This document shows, in pieces, positions 16,967 to 25,080 of a DNA stretch of 35,668 nucleotides (positions are counted from its first letter, which is position 1; each line of letters starts with the position of its first letter). The DNA comes from a virus (Duplodnaviria > Caudoviricetes). The notes below the pieces were generated by a model that made no database searches, was not told where the DNA came from, and saw nothing but the letters and a program-made list of their open reading frames with translations. The position numbers and the translations under genes are program-made. The DNA lies in IMG/VR virus record IMGVR_UViG_3300026187_000042, positions 1-35,668 of that record. One strand, 5' to 3'.

Positions 16967-17326
16967 ATGGCACAGAAACGAACAAAAGTACAACAAGAAA
17001 GAGTTTTGAAGGCGTTAGAAAGTAGTTTGGGCGTTGTCACAACAGCTTTGCGTAATTCTGATGTCACAAGAACAACCTATTACAGATGGTTGCGTGAGGA
17101 TGAGGAATTTGCAAAAAAAGTTGATGAAATTGAAAATATGCAGCTTGATTTCATTAAGTCCAAATATTACGAATGTGTAAAAGATAAAGTGCCATCAGTA
17201 GTTATTCACGCAGCCAAAACAAGATTAGGTTGGAATGAAACAAATAATGTTGATATAACAACAAAAGGCGATAAAATTAATGATGACAGGGTTGTGATTA
17301 ATTTTAAAGGCAAAAGCGAAGATTAA
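16967..17326 (+). CDS. terS: Terminase small subunit (HTH type)
   Basis: GVVTTA...VTRTTYYRWLREDEEF HTH and DITTKGDKI tail; immediately before TerL. Confidence 0.8.
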   Translation: MAQKRTKVQQERVLKALESSLGVVTTALRNSDVTRTTYYRWLREDEEFAKKVDEIENMQLDFIKSKYYECVKDKVPSVVIHAAKTRLGWNETNNVDITTKGDKINDDRVVINFKGKSED

Positions 17327-17334
17327 CCATTGTT

Positions 17335-18663
17335 GTGGAAATAACTTTTTCCAAAACATATCAACCATTGTTTGACATTCTTGAATCGTGGAATGTTGTC
17401 AATTCAAAAGAATTTAAAAATTATTCTACTGATGATAAAAAATATTGGTCTGAATTGGCTGAAGTTGATACAATTTTAATTTCGGGAGGGCGTGATTCAG
17501 GTAAATCATTTGCTTTATCTTGTTGGAATCCAATTGCAGCCAAAGATTATAATCACAGAATTTTATATACAAGACAAACAATGTCAGCAACTGACAATTC
17601 AATTACTGAAGCATTGGAAGGTCGTATGCAAGATTTAGGTTATGAGCAATTTTTTAGTGCTGCAAATAAAACCTATTCTGTAATAGGTGGTGAGGGCAGA
17701 ATATCAATTACCGGTCAAAGAACATCAAAAGGAACGGAAACAGCGAAATTAAAATCATTAGAGAATTTTAGCGTATTCCAAACAGAAGAAGGTGAAGAAT
17801 TAGAATCTTACAACGAATGGAATAAGGTTAAAAGGTCAATGAGAGCAAAAGATGTTCAATGTTTAGCAATTATAGTTTTCAACCCTCCAACAAAAGAACA
17901 TTGGATTTATGAAGAATTTTATGATGCGATTGTTCCAAGTGGGTTTAATGGTGTTAAAAACAAAACTTTATATATCCATTCAACGTATAAAGATAATATT
18001 GATAATATGGCACAACACAACATTGAAGAATTTAAAATGTTGGAAGATGCTTACAATGAATATGAAAATTTATCAAAAGACCAAAAAGAAATAGCGGATG
18101 CAAAATTGCGAAAAAAATGGTCACAATATAAATTTGAAATATTAGGTGGTTTCAAAGATGTTGCTGAAGGTGTTATTTATGAAGATTGGGAAATTGGTGA
18201 TTTTGACGAAAGTTTAAATTATATTTATGGTTTAGATTTTGGTTTTGATGATCCTGATGCATTAATTAAAACAGCCATAAATCACAACACAAAAACAATT
18301 TATTTGAAAGAGGAATTATACAAAAATGGTTTAGGTTCAGATGAATTACACAAAGCATTGATTGAAATTTGTGGGAGTAGTAATTTAATCATTGCGGATG
18401 CTGCTGATAAAAGGTTGATAAACGATTTATGGCATAAAGGCTTAAACATTAGAAGGTGCAAAAAAGGTGCGGGATCAGTTAACAGAAGAATAAAAACAAT
18501 ACAAGACTATAAAATTATTGTTGACAAGAATTCGTTAAATGTTCAAAAATCGTTAAATAATTATGCGTGGCACGACAAAAGAAGCGGAACACCAAGACAC
18601 GAATGGTCGCACATTCCTGATGCTTTTGGTTATGCTGCTATGGAATTAATAGATTATCGATAA
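17335..18663 (+). CDS. terL: Terminase large subunit (PBSX-like)
   Basis: GGRDSGKS Walker A, TEEGEE Walker B region, FNPP, YGLDFGFDDP, HIPDAFGY. Confidence 0.93.
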   Translation: MEITFSKTYQPLFDILESWNVVNSKEFKNYSTDDKKYWSELAEVDTILISGGRDSGKSFALSCWNPIAAKDYNHRILYTRQTMSATDNSITEALEGRMQDLGYEQFFSAANKTYSVIGGEGRISITGQRTSKGTETAKLKSLENFSVFQTEEGEELESYNEWNKVKRSMRAKDVQCLAIIVFNPPTKEHWIYEEFYDAIVPSGFNGVKNKTLYIHSTYKDNIDNMAQHNIEEFKMLEDAYNEYENLSKDQKEIADAKLRKKWSQYKFEILGGFKDVAEGVIYEDWEIGDFDESLNYIYGLDFGFDDPDALIKTAINHNTKTIYLKEELYKNGLGSDELHKALIEICGSSNLIIADAADKRLINDLWHKGLNIRRCKKGAGSVNRRIKTIQDYKIIVDKNSLNVQKSLNNYAWHDKRSGTPRHEWSHIPDAFGYAAMELIDYR

Positions 18664-18669
18664 AATTTG

Positions 18670-18677
18670 TATATTTG
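18670..18677 (+). promoter_or_regulatory. Promoter element before the portal gene
   Basis: TATATTTG 13 nt upstream of ATG 18691. Confidence 0.55.
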
Positions 18678-18690
18678 TAATATTTTTACT

Positions 18691-20289
18691 ATGGAGTTCA
18701 CAGAACAAGAAATTATAGAAATCATACAATCCAATTTACAGCTTCCAAGATGGGTTGATGATTCAAGGCATCAGCATAAAATTTTAGATGCTTTAGTAAC
18801 CGGAAATAACTTTTCAGAAGTATTAATTGAAAAGATTGAAAAGATTGAAAGCAATGACCGTGCAATGGCACGAAAAAGGTATTCAAAAGATGTCAGAGAT
18901 TTATTTGATAGGGTGATGCAACCTTTGAATTCAATTTTTTCTGCATCAGGTGGCTCAATGCACATTGAAATTGAAAGCGAAGCAAAAAGGCAAAAAGTTT
19001 TTAAAGCATTAAACGATTTCAAAGGTCAAAAATCTATAAAACAATACCTTTCTGAAACCTATTTTAGGTTAGCAAATACTGATCCGAATGGCGTTATATT
19101 TTTAGAATATTACGAGGATAAGAAAATTTATCCAACGTATAAATCAATTTATGACATACGTTCATACAAATCAAATGGAAGTCTTTGTAAGTACATTATA
19201 TTTGAACCACATACAAGGGTTACAAATGGTTTATCTGTTAATATTTGGCGTGTAGTTGATAGCAAAACAGATTGGAGAATCATTCAAAATGGCAGCCAAT
19301 TTATTGTTGATTATGAACGAACATTTGAACATATGTTTGGAAGTGTACCGGCAGTAATATTGTCTGACATTCAAGAAATGGGAAGTGAATTCAGATATTC
19401 AGCATTAAATCCAATTATTGAATTAGCCAAAGATTATGCAAGGGATAAATCAATTAGAACAATTTATAAATTCCAACACGGTTTCCCAAGACATTGGAGA
19501 TATGTAAAAGAATGTAGAAGTTGTCAAGGAACAGGTAAAACGGGTGATGATTATTGTAGCCAATGTAATGGAAAGGGCGAAATCAGAATTAATGATGTAA
19601 CCGACATCACAACATTGCCAATGCCACGAGAAGATGATGCAATTGTTACTCCAAATTTAGAAGGTTATGTTTCTCCTGATTTGGAAACGTGGGCAAGATA
19701 TAATGATGATTTAAAAGATGCAGAAGAATTGATTGAATCAACAATGTGGGGAACAAGAAGAATGTCACAAACCCGTAACGAAACAGCAACAGGAAGGTTT
19801 ATTGATGTTCAGCCGGTTATGAATAAATTAGGTTGGTTTGCTGACAAAGTTGAATGGGCGCATAATACACTAGCGAATTGGGTTGTTGATTGGGTTGATA
19901 ATTCGCATAGTGAAGAAATTAAATATTATCATTCTTACGGCAGAAGATTTATAATTGAATCACCTGATGTTATTTTGAATAATTACACAGAAGCAAGAAC
20001 AAAAGGTGCAAATGTGACAGTTTTGGATAAATTACTTGATGAATACATTTTAAGTAAATACCAAAATGACCAAGTGATGTTGGGTTATATGCAAAAGAAA
20101 CGATTGTTAGAACCGTATGTTCACAATTCTGTCAAAGAAGTTAGTGACATATTTGGTGCTTCTGAATCGTATAAAAAAATATTATTTGTTAATTTTTGGA
20201 ATACAGCTGATAAGAATAAACCTGTTGAAGAATTAGCAAATGATTTTAATAGTTATGTAAACACAAATCAAATAAATACACAAATATGA
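18691..20289 (+). CDS. Portal protein with an inserted DnaJ-type zinc finger
   Basis: About 530 aa directly after TerL; CRSCQGTG...CSQCNGKG; ETATG motif. ATG 18691 is preferred over TTG 18667. Confidence 0.75.
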   Translation: MEFTEQEIIEIIQSNLQLPRWVDDSRHQHKILDALVTGNNFSEVLIEKIEKIESNDRAMARKRYSKDVRDLFDRVMQPLNSIFSASGGSMHIEIESEAKRQKVFKALNDFKGQKSIKQYLSETYFRLANTDPNGVIFLEYYEDKKIYPTYKSIYDIRSYKSNGSLCKYIIFEPHTRVTNGLSVNIWRVVDSKTDWRIIQNGSQFIVDYERTFEHMFGSVPAVILSDIQEMGSEFRYSALNPIIELAKDYARDKSIRTIYKFQHGFPRHWRYVKECRSCQGTGKTGDDYCSQCNGKGEIRINDVTDITTLPMPREDDAIVTPNLEGYVSPDLETWARYNDDLKDAEELIESTMWGTRRMSQTRNETATGRFIDVQPVMNKLGWFADKVEWAHNTLANWVVDWVDNSHSEEIKYYHSYGRRFIIESPDVILNNYTEARTKGANVTVLDKLLDEYILSKYQNDQVMLGYMQKKRLLEPYVHNSVKEVSDIFGASESYKKILFVNFWNTADKNKPVEELANDFNSYVNTNQINTQI

Positions 20290-20699
20290 GTAATATCGTA
20301 GTTGCTAACAAGTACAAATTGTTAACGAGAAGGGATGGAAAATATGATCCAACCGGAACAAAAGAAATGACACAATCAAGTAAAGTGTTAAAACGAAGTT
20401 ATGTTGAAGAACGTAATTTTCACGACAACAACGAGTGGTACGAAATTGACGAAGAAGCCACAAAAGAACTTTCAAAACAGCGTGAAATTAGCTTAAAAGA
20501 AAATGAATCAAAGCGGAAAAAGGAATCATTAGGTCAAGCTGATTTAATTGATGTGATGGCTGAAATGGCAAACACTTTGAAACAAACAAGAAAAACTGTA
20601 AAAGAAGAAATTACAGATGAATTGGATGAATTAGGTGTTAAATATGATAAGCGGTCAAGTGTAAAAAGTTTAAAAGAGTTGTTAAATAAAAACAAATAG
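20286..20699 (+). CDS. Hypothetical protein with C-terminal HeH/Rho-N-like helix pair
   Basis: EEITDELDELGVKYDKRSSVKSLKELL. Confidence 0.55.
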   Translation: MSNIVVANKYKLLTRRDGKYDPTGTKEMTQSSKVLKRSYVEERNFHDNNEWYEIDEEATKELSKQREISLKENESKRKKESLGQADLIDVMAEMANTLKQTRKTVKEEITDELDELGVKYDKRSSVKSLKELLNKNK

Positions 20700-20701
20700 A
20701 A

Positions 20702-21526
20702 ATGCAGTTAAACATCAACGGAAAGTCTTTTGAAATCAATTCAGAAGAATTAAAAAAAGCATTGGAAAGTGATGCACCGTCATTTGACGTTAAGTCAGAT
20801 TTGGTTATTAGAACAGGTGAGGAAGAAGAAACCTATACATCTAACTTGCGCAAAGAAGGAACAACAATTGGTGCTGAAATAGGCAGAAAAGAGTTGTTAA
20901 AATCTTTAGGCATTGAGGGAGAAGGTTTACACAAAAGTGATGAAAAAGCATTGGAAAGCATTAATGAATTAATTTCATCAAAAGTTAATTCAGAACTTGA
21001 AGGTGCAAAGATAGAACCAAACAAAAAGGTTGCCGAATTGAATAAAGATTTGGAACAAATGAAAAGCACATTGTTAGAAAAAGAATCATTGATTAAAAAT
21101 TTGTCAAATGATTTTTCTACTTACAAAAAAAATCAAACCATATCTTCAAAGGTTGCCGAATTGATTCCTGACAATACTGTTATTCCAAAAAAATCAATAA
21201 TGAAATTGATGTTGGATGATATTAAATTGGATGTCAATGAAAACAATATGATTTACGGAATTGGCGAAGATGGTCAACCATTAAAAGATGAACATTTGAA
21301 TTTATTGGGTGCTGATAAAATTGTTACAAGTTATTTTGATGCAAACCCACATTATTTAAAATCTGCAACAGGTGGTGCGGGTGGTTCTGATAGTTCAGGT
21401 GGATCATCAAAACAATCATTGGAAGCTTTCACAAAAGAAATGATGGATGCCGGCCATTCACCAAATAGTGAAGGATTTAATCAAATAATGACTGAAAGAA
21501 TCAATTCAGGAACATTAGATTTATAA
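20702..21526 (+). CDS. Putative capsid scaffolding protein
   Basis: Acidic coiled-coil, G/S-rich linker (GGAGGSDSSGG) and a short C-terminal domain; head-module position. Confidence 0.65.
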   Translation: MQLNINGKSFEINSEELKKALESDAPSFDVKSDLVIRTGEEEETYTSNLRKEGTTIGAEIGRKELLKSLGIEGEGLHKSDEKALESINELISSKVNSELEGAKIEPNKKVAELNKDLEQMKSTLLEKESLIKNLSNDFSTYKKNQTISSKVAELIPDNTVIPKKSIMKLMLDDIKLDVNENNMIYGIGEDGQPLKDEHLNLLGADKIVTSYFDANPHYLKSATGGAGGSDSSGGSSKQSLEAFTKEMMDAGHSPNSEGFNQIMTERINSGTLDL

Positions 21527-21547
21527 AAAAAACAAAAAATAAAAAGA

Positions 21548-21578
21548 AGCCCAACCCGTTGAAAAGGTTGGGTTTTTT
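21548..21578 (+). terminator. Rho-independent terminator after the scaffold gene
   Basis: AGCCCAACC-cgttgaaaa-GGTTGGGTT followed by a T run. Confidence 0.85.
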
Positions 21579-21619
21579 GCGTTCAAAGAAATTTTTTTTA
21601 ATTTTTTTTTACTTTTTTC

Positions 21620-21652
21620 ATTGTAGAACAATATATTTTATATATATTTGTA
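21620..21652 (+). promoter_or_regulatory. Early promoter, TTG-N19-TATATTTG
   Basis: TTG 21621-21623 and TATATTTG 21643-21650; T-tracts upstream. Confidence 0.8.
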
Positions 21653-21674
21653 GTGAACATTAAAAAAAAGCAAA

Positions 21675-21917
21675 ATGAAACTACAAGCGCAAGAAGTAAA
21701 GCAAGGAATGGAAGTAAAATTTGGATGGAATCAATGGCTTACTGTTGAATCAATAGAAATAGACCACCAAAAGAACGGCAAAGAGTTAAGAATTTTTAAG
21801 GGTAGTTCTAAACAAGAAAAACCAACAAGAAGAGGAGCAAGAAAATATCCAACAATAGTTCCTAATAAAAATGATTCTTATGTTTGTAAATCGACTACAA
21901 AATTAGATGTGAGATGA
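21675..21917 (+). CDS. Hypothetical basic protein
   Basis: 80 aa; conserved TAAAAAAAAGCAAAATG leader. Confidence 0.7.
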   Translation: MKLQAQEVKQGMEVKFGWNQWLTVESIEIDHQKNGKELRIFKGSSKQEKPTRRGARKYPTIVPNKNDSYVCKSTTKLDVR

Positions 21918-21944
21918 AAAAGAAGCTAACTAAAATTCACCATC

Positions 21945-21973
21945 GCCTCGAACCATAATCGGTTCGGGGTTTT
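21945..21973 (+). terminator. Intergenic hairpin (weak terminator or processing site)
   Basis: GCCTCGAACC-ataatc-GGTTCGGGGT followed by TTT. Confidence 0.6.
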
Positions 21974-22013
21974 GGTAGTAACAAACATTAAAAAAACAAA
22001 AAAAACAGAAGCT

Positions 22014-22229
22014 ATGAATATGAGTTATTGCAGATTCCGAAACACAAGTTTAGATTTACAAGATTGTATTGATGCGATCAACAATGGTGAAATAAATGAT
22101 TTATCAAGAGATGAGCAACAAGCGTTTGTTAACTTAATAATGCAATGCAAGGAAGTTGCAGAAAATTTTGAAGATTATGATGATTACGAATTAGAAGATT
22201 TTATCAAAGAACAACAAGAAGAAATTTAA
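22014..22229 (+). CDS. Small acidic protein (MNMSYCRFRNT...)
   Basis: Start moved to the AAGCTATG at 22014; about 19 D/E versus 5 K/R in 71 aa. Confidence 0.7.
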   Translation: MNMSYCRFRNTSLDLQDCIDAINNGEINDLSRDEQQAFVNLIMQCKEVAENFEDYDDYELEDFIKEQQEEI

Positions 22230-22252
22230 TTAAACAACTAAAAAAACAAGTT

Positions 22253-22579
22253 ATGAAAAATTCAGTAAGAGAAGAATTATTAGATTACGCAAAAGAACAA
22301 ATTTTAGATTTAGGTTTAGATTTAAATGATGATGATTTACACCATAAATTGTTCAACGAAGATTACTACATCATTGGGTATTATAACGCATCAGAATGGC
22401 TCAAAAAACATAATATCGGTGAATTTGAATCTGTTAATATGTTGGAAGAACTTCATTCTTGGCATTTTGGGGAAAATACAGAAGTTTACAAAGATGCTGA
22501 AAGAGTTGTCAATATGTTAGTTTACTTTTATGGGTTTGAAATTGTTGAAGAATTAAAAGAACTTTCAGGTGCGGTTTGA
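22253..22579 (+). CDS. Acidic protein, possible Ocr-like DNA mimic
   Basis: 108 aa; about 24 D/E versus 9 K/R; DDDLHH...YYIIGYY. Confidence 0.5.
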   Translation: MKNSVREELLDYAKEQILDLGLDLNDDDLHHKLFNEDYYIIGYYNASEWLKKHNIGEFESVNMLEELHSWHFGENTEVYKDAERVVNMLVYFYGFEIVEELKELSGAV

Positions 22580-23000
22580 AACAAATAAAGATTTACAAAA
22601 TGAATTGGATGCCATCACATTATATTGTGAGGTGTTCAATTCATCTTTTGAAAAGTTAGGTGAAAATGACATTGATTACAGGGTGACAAAACCAAACAGA
22701 ATTCAACACATTGAGGTGAAAGGTAGAAACCGGAAAATTGAAAACGCATTTCCATTACCAATTGCTGCAAGAAAGGTTGTCAAGTTGGTTGACAAAAAAA
22801 CAGAACCAATTGTTATTTGGAATTGTTTTGATGGGTTAATTATATGCGATCTAAGCAGCGTAAAATCATCCGGATATATTAGTGGGCGTAAACCAAGAGA
22901 AGGTTCTGCAAATGACGTAGAATATATGTTATACTTTGAAAAGCAAGATAATTTTTATTGCATCAAAAAGTATTCAAAAAAAATATTTAAACTTTTTTAA
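22569..23000 (+). CDS. PD-(D/E)xK nuclease-fold protein
   Basis: E...DIDY...HIEVKGR motif. Confidence 0.65.
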   Translation: MRFETNKDLQNELDAITLYCEVFNSSFEKLGENDIDYRVTKPNRIQHIEVKGRNRKIENAFPLPIAARKVVKLVDKKTEPIVIWNCFDGLIICDLSSVKSSGYISGRKPREGSANDVEYMLYFEKQDNFYCIKKYSKKIFKLF

Positions 23001-23007
23001 AAAAAAG

Positions 23008-23040
23008 CGATTTAGTAGTATATTTTATATATATTTACAT
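23008..23040 (+). promoter_or_regulatory. Variant early promoter (TATATTTA)
   Basis: GTATATTTTATATATATTTAC resembles 21630-21650; lies before ATG 23054. Confidence 0.5.
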
Positions 23041-23053
23041 AAAATTAAAAGCT

Positions 23054-23629
23054 ATGAAAAAGTATCAAACATACAGCGATTACAAAAACCAAGCGTTCAC
23101 ACCTGAAAAAATGCAATCTGATGCGGTTCTTTTTGTAAAGAAATTAATGCCAACATTTTGCGATTCTTGGATAAATCAAGTTGAAGAACAAAGTGATGAT
23201 TTAAAAGGTATTAAATTTCAATTCAATGTTAAGTCTGAAACAATTCACGTTATCAAATTAGGTGGGTTTTTAGGTGATTGGGATTTGTTTTTAAACAAGA
23301 AAAGAATCAACAAAAGTGATTTACAAAATTACCTTGAAAAAAAATATATGACAGGGTTGGAAATTTTCTGCAAATATGTAATGGGTTACAACTTTCATAT
23401 AAATATGTTAGAATACAAAGGTGATTATGCTAAGGCAAGTGAAAGAAATAAAAACATTGAGAGCATTTTTGCCGGTTTAAATGATCAAGATAAAGCAAAA
23501 GCGATTGATTTTATGAATAGCGTTTTTGGAGAAAAATTGACAAAAACAGTGTTTTCAAAAAATGGTGAAACAAGAGATCAATTATTAAAAGAATTAAATG
23601 AATTAAATAAAATATACAGCTATGAATAA
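23054..23629 (+). CDS. Hypothetical protein
   Basis: 191-aa ORF. Confidence 0.7.
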   Translation: MKKYQTYSDYKNQAFTPEKMQSDAVLFVKKLMPTFCDSWINQVEEQSDDLKGIKFQFNVKSETIHVIKLGGFLGDWDLFLNKKRINKSDLQNYLEKKYMTGLEIFCKYVMGYNFHINMLEYKGDYAKASERNKNIESIFAGLNDQDKAKAIDFMNSVFGEKLTKTVFSKNGETRDQLLKELNELNKIYSYE

Positions 23630-23804
23630 GGAAGAACAACTTCAACAAATGATTGACCAATGGAATGAAAAATTTGATTTAATGGTCAGAGAAAGAAACT
23701 ATTGGCGTGACAGATGTTTAAAAGCCACAAAGGAAACAAATGATATGCAAGATTCAATTGAACGGTTAAAAAATCAAGTTTACAACCTATCAAAAAGGGG
23801 TTAA
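23622..23804 (+). CDS. Small coiled-coil protein
   Basis: 60 aa, heptad-like; overlaps the upstream stop. Confidence 0.65.
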   Translation: MNKEEQLQQMIDQWNEKFDLMVRERNYWRDRCLKATKETNDMQDSIERLKNQVYNLSKRG

Positions 23805-23907
23805 GCATTTGCTTTATTTTGCTAAGCATTTGCTTCTATTTGCTAAGCAAGTGGAAGCCGTAAATGTAAATGTAAATGTTAATGTAAATGTAAATGTAAA
23901 TGTTAAT
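23802..23907. repeat. Non-coding origin-like element: 21-bp-period repeats plus (TAAATG)n
   Basis: TAAGCATTTGCTT at 23802 and 23823, TGCTAAGCA at 23820 and 23841, GAAGCCG, then about 8 TAAATG/TTAATG hexamers. Confidence 0.85.
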
Positions 23908-23946
23908 AAAAAATATTTGAAAAAAATTTAAATTGAAAAATTTTAT

Positions 23947-23994
23947 TATATTTGCATTCGGAACTGTGTTCCAAAGTCTCAGGAGTGGTACTCC
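23947..23994 (+). promoter_or_regulatory. Capsid-operon promoter and two small leader hairpins
   Basis: TATATTTG 23947-23954; GGAAC-tgt-GTTCC 23960-23972; GGAGT-ggt-ACTCC 23982-23994. Confidence 0.6.
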
Positions 23995-24028
23995 AAAAAA
24001 TCATAATTAACATTTAATACATTTAAAA

Positions 24029-25060
24029 ATGGCAAATTTCGCTACTGCTGCTTTAGTAAAAGCACAAGCCAAGTTGATTGGCAAATTCCAAGCGGGAGAA
24101 TTGCGTTACCGTGTTCCCGCTGTCCATAAATTGTTTCTTGAAAACACAAGCATAATGATTCCTGACTACGAATCATTAAAAACCCGTGATGATCGTGCGG
24201 TTGAAACTAATTTTTTCACACGAACAAGTCGTGCATTAGGTTCAGGGCGTTCACACAATCACACAGGTGCGCAAGGTGATTCAAGCACATTAACACCATC
24301 TTGGACCACTTACAATGATGATTTCGTTTCTTTAATCAAAGAAGCTGACAACAAATTGTATTCTTTTGAAGAATTGCATATGTCTAAAATGGAGAATGCA
24401 ATTGCTAACTTCATGGAAGGTCTTGAAACGGTTGCTCACGATTATTTATTTGCAAACCGTTCAGGTGTTAACGTTGCAACTGCTGACGGAACATTTGATG
24501 CAACAGATGATACATTTGAAATTACTGAAAGTGCAGCCGGTGACAATGCAATTGCAATCACTAAAATGGTAATGGATGTAAACAAATATCAAGGTACCGG
24601 ATTCGTTATTGTTGCCGATTCAATTGCTTATCGTAAGTTTTGGTCACAAATGAATCAAGGTGCGGGGAACGCAACTAACACTGAATTCCAATTTGGTGAC
24701 ATTAGAATTATCCACGATCCAAAATTAACTTCTGATGCAGCGGGATTGGCTTCTGCTTATTCAAAAGGGTATTGGATTGCTGTTCCTGAAGGTTCAGTTG
24801 CTGCATTACCTTGGATTCCTGTTCAAAACAGACAAGGTCGTGAATTCGGTCAAATTGCTAACTATGGTGCAATCATTAACCCTGTTGACAACGTTCAATA
24901 TGCTGTTCATACTTACATGGAAGGCGCAAATGGTTCTTCATTAGGTGGTTATACGCAAGACGTTAAGATTGAAACTGAAATTTCACTTGACATTGCATAC
25001 GAATATTCACCATTGTCAACAGCTTCTGAAACACCTTTATTGGCGTTCGCATTAGTTTAA
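24029..25060 (+). CDS. Major capsid protein
   Basis: 343 aa, A/G/T-rich, codon usage typical of high expression (ttc, aac, cgt, gct); first gene of the structural operon. Confidence 0.75.
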   Translation: MANFATAALVKAQAKLIGKFQAGELRYRVPAVHKLFLENTSIMIPDYESLKTRDDRAVETNFFTRTSRALGSGRSHNHTGAQGDSSTLTPSWTTYNDDFVSLIKEADNKLYSFEELHMSKMENAIANFMEGLETVAHDYLFANRSGVNVATADGTFDATDDTFEITESAAGDNAIAITKMVMDVNKYQGTGFVIVADSIAYRKFWSQMNQGAGNATNTEFQFGDIRIIHDPKLTSDAAGLASAYSKGYWIAVPEGSVAALPWIPVQNRQGREFGQIANYGAIINPVDNVQYAVHTYMEGANGSSLGGYTQDVKIETEISLDIAYEYSPLSTASETPLLAFALV

Positions 25061-25080
25061 TAATTTGATTTGTTTAGTTG

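Noticed and set aside
17335-18663. Intein or intron in TerL, suggested by short extra helical segments
   Set aside because: Length is normal (442 aa), with no intein splice motifs or frame break.
18667-18690. TTG start for the portal gene; likewise starts at 14878 and 21972
   Set aside because: They overlap a promoter, an upstream gene or a hairpin; downstream ATGs (18691, 14914, 22014) have better contexts.
23770-23930. Frameshift extension of the 60-aa ORF into an EAVNVNVN... reading frame
   Set aside because: That frame has no start codon and would need a +1/-2 shift without a canonical slippery site; treated as non-coding.
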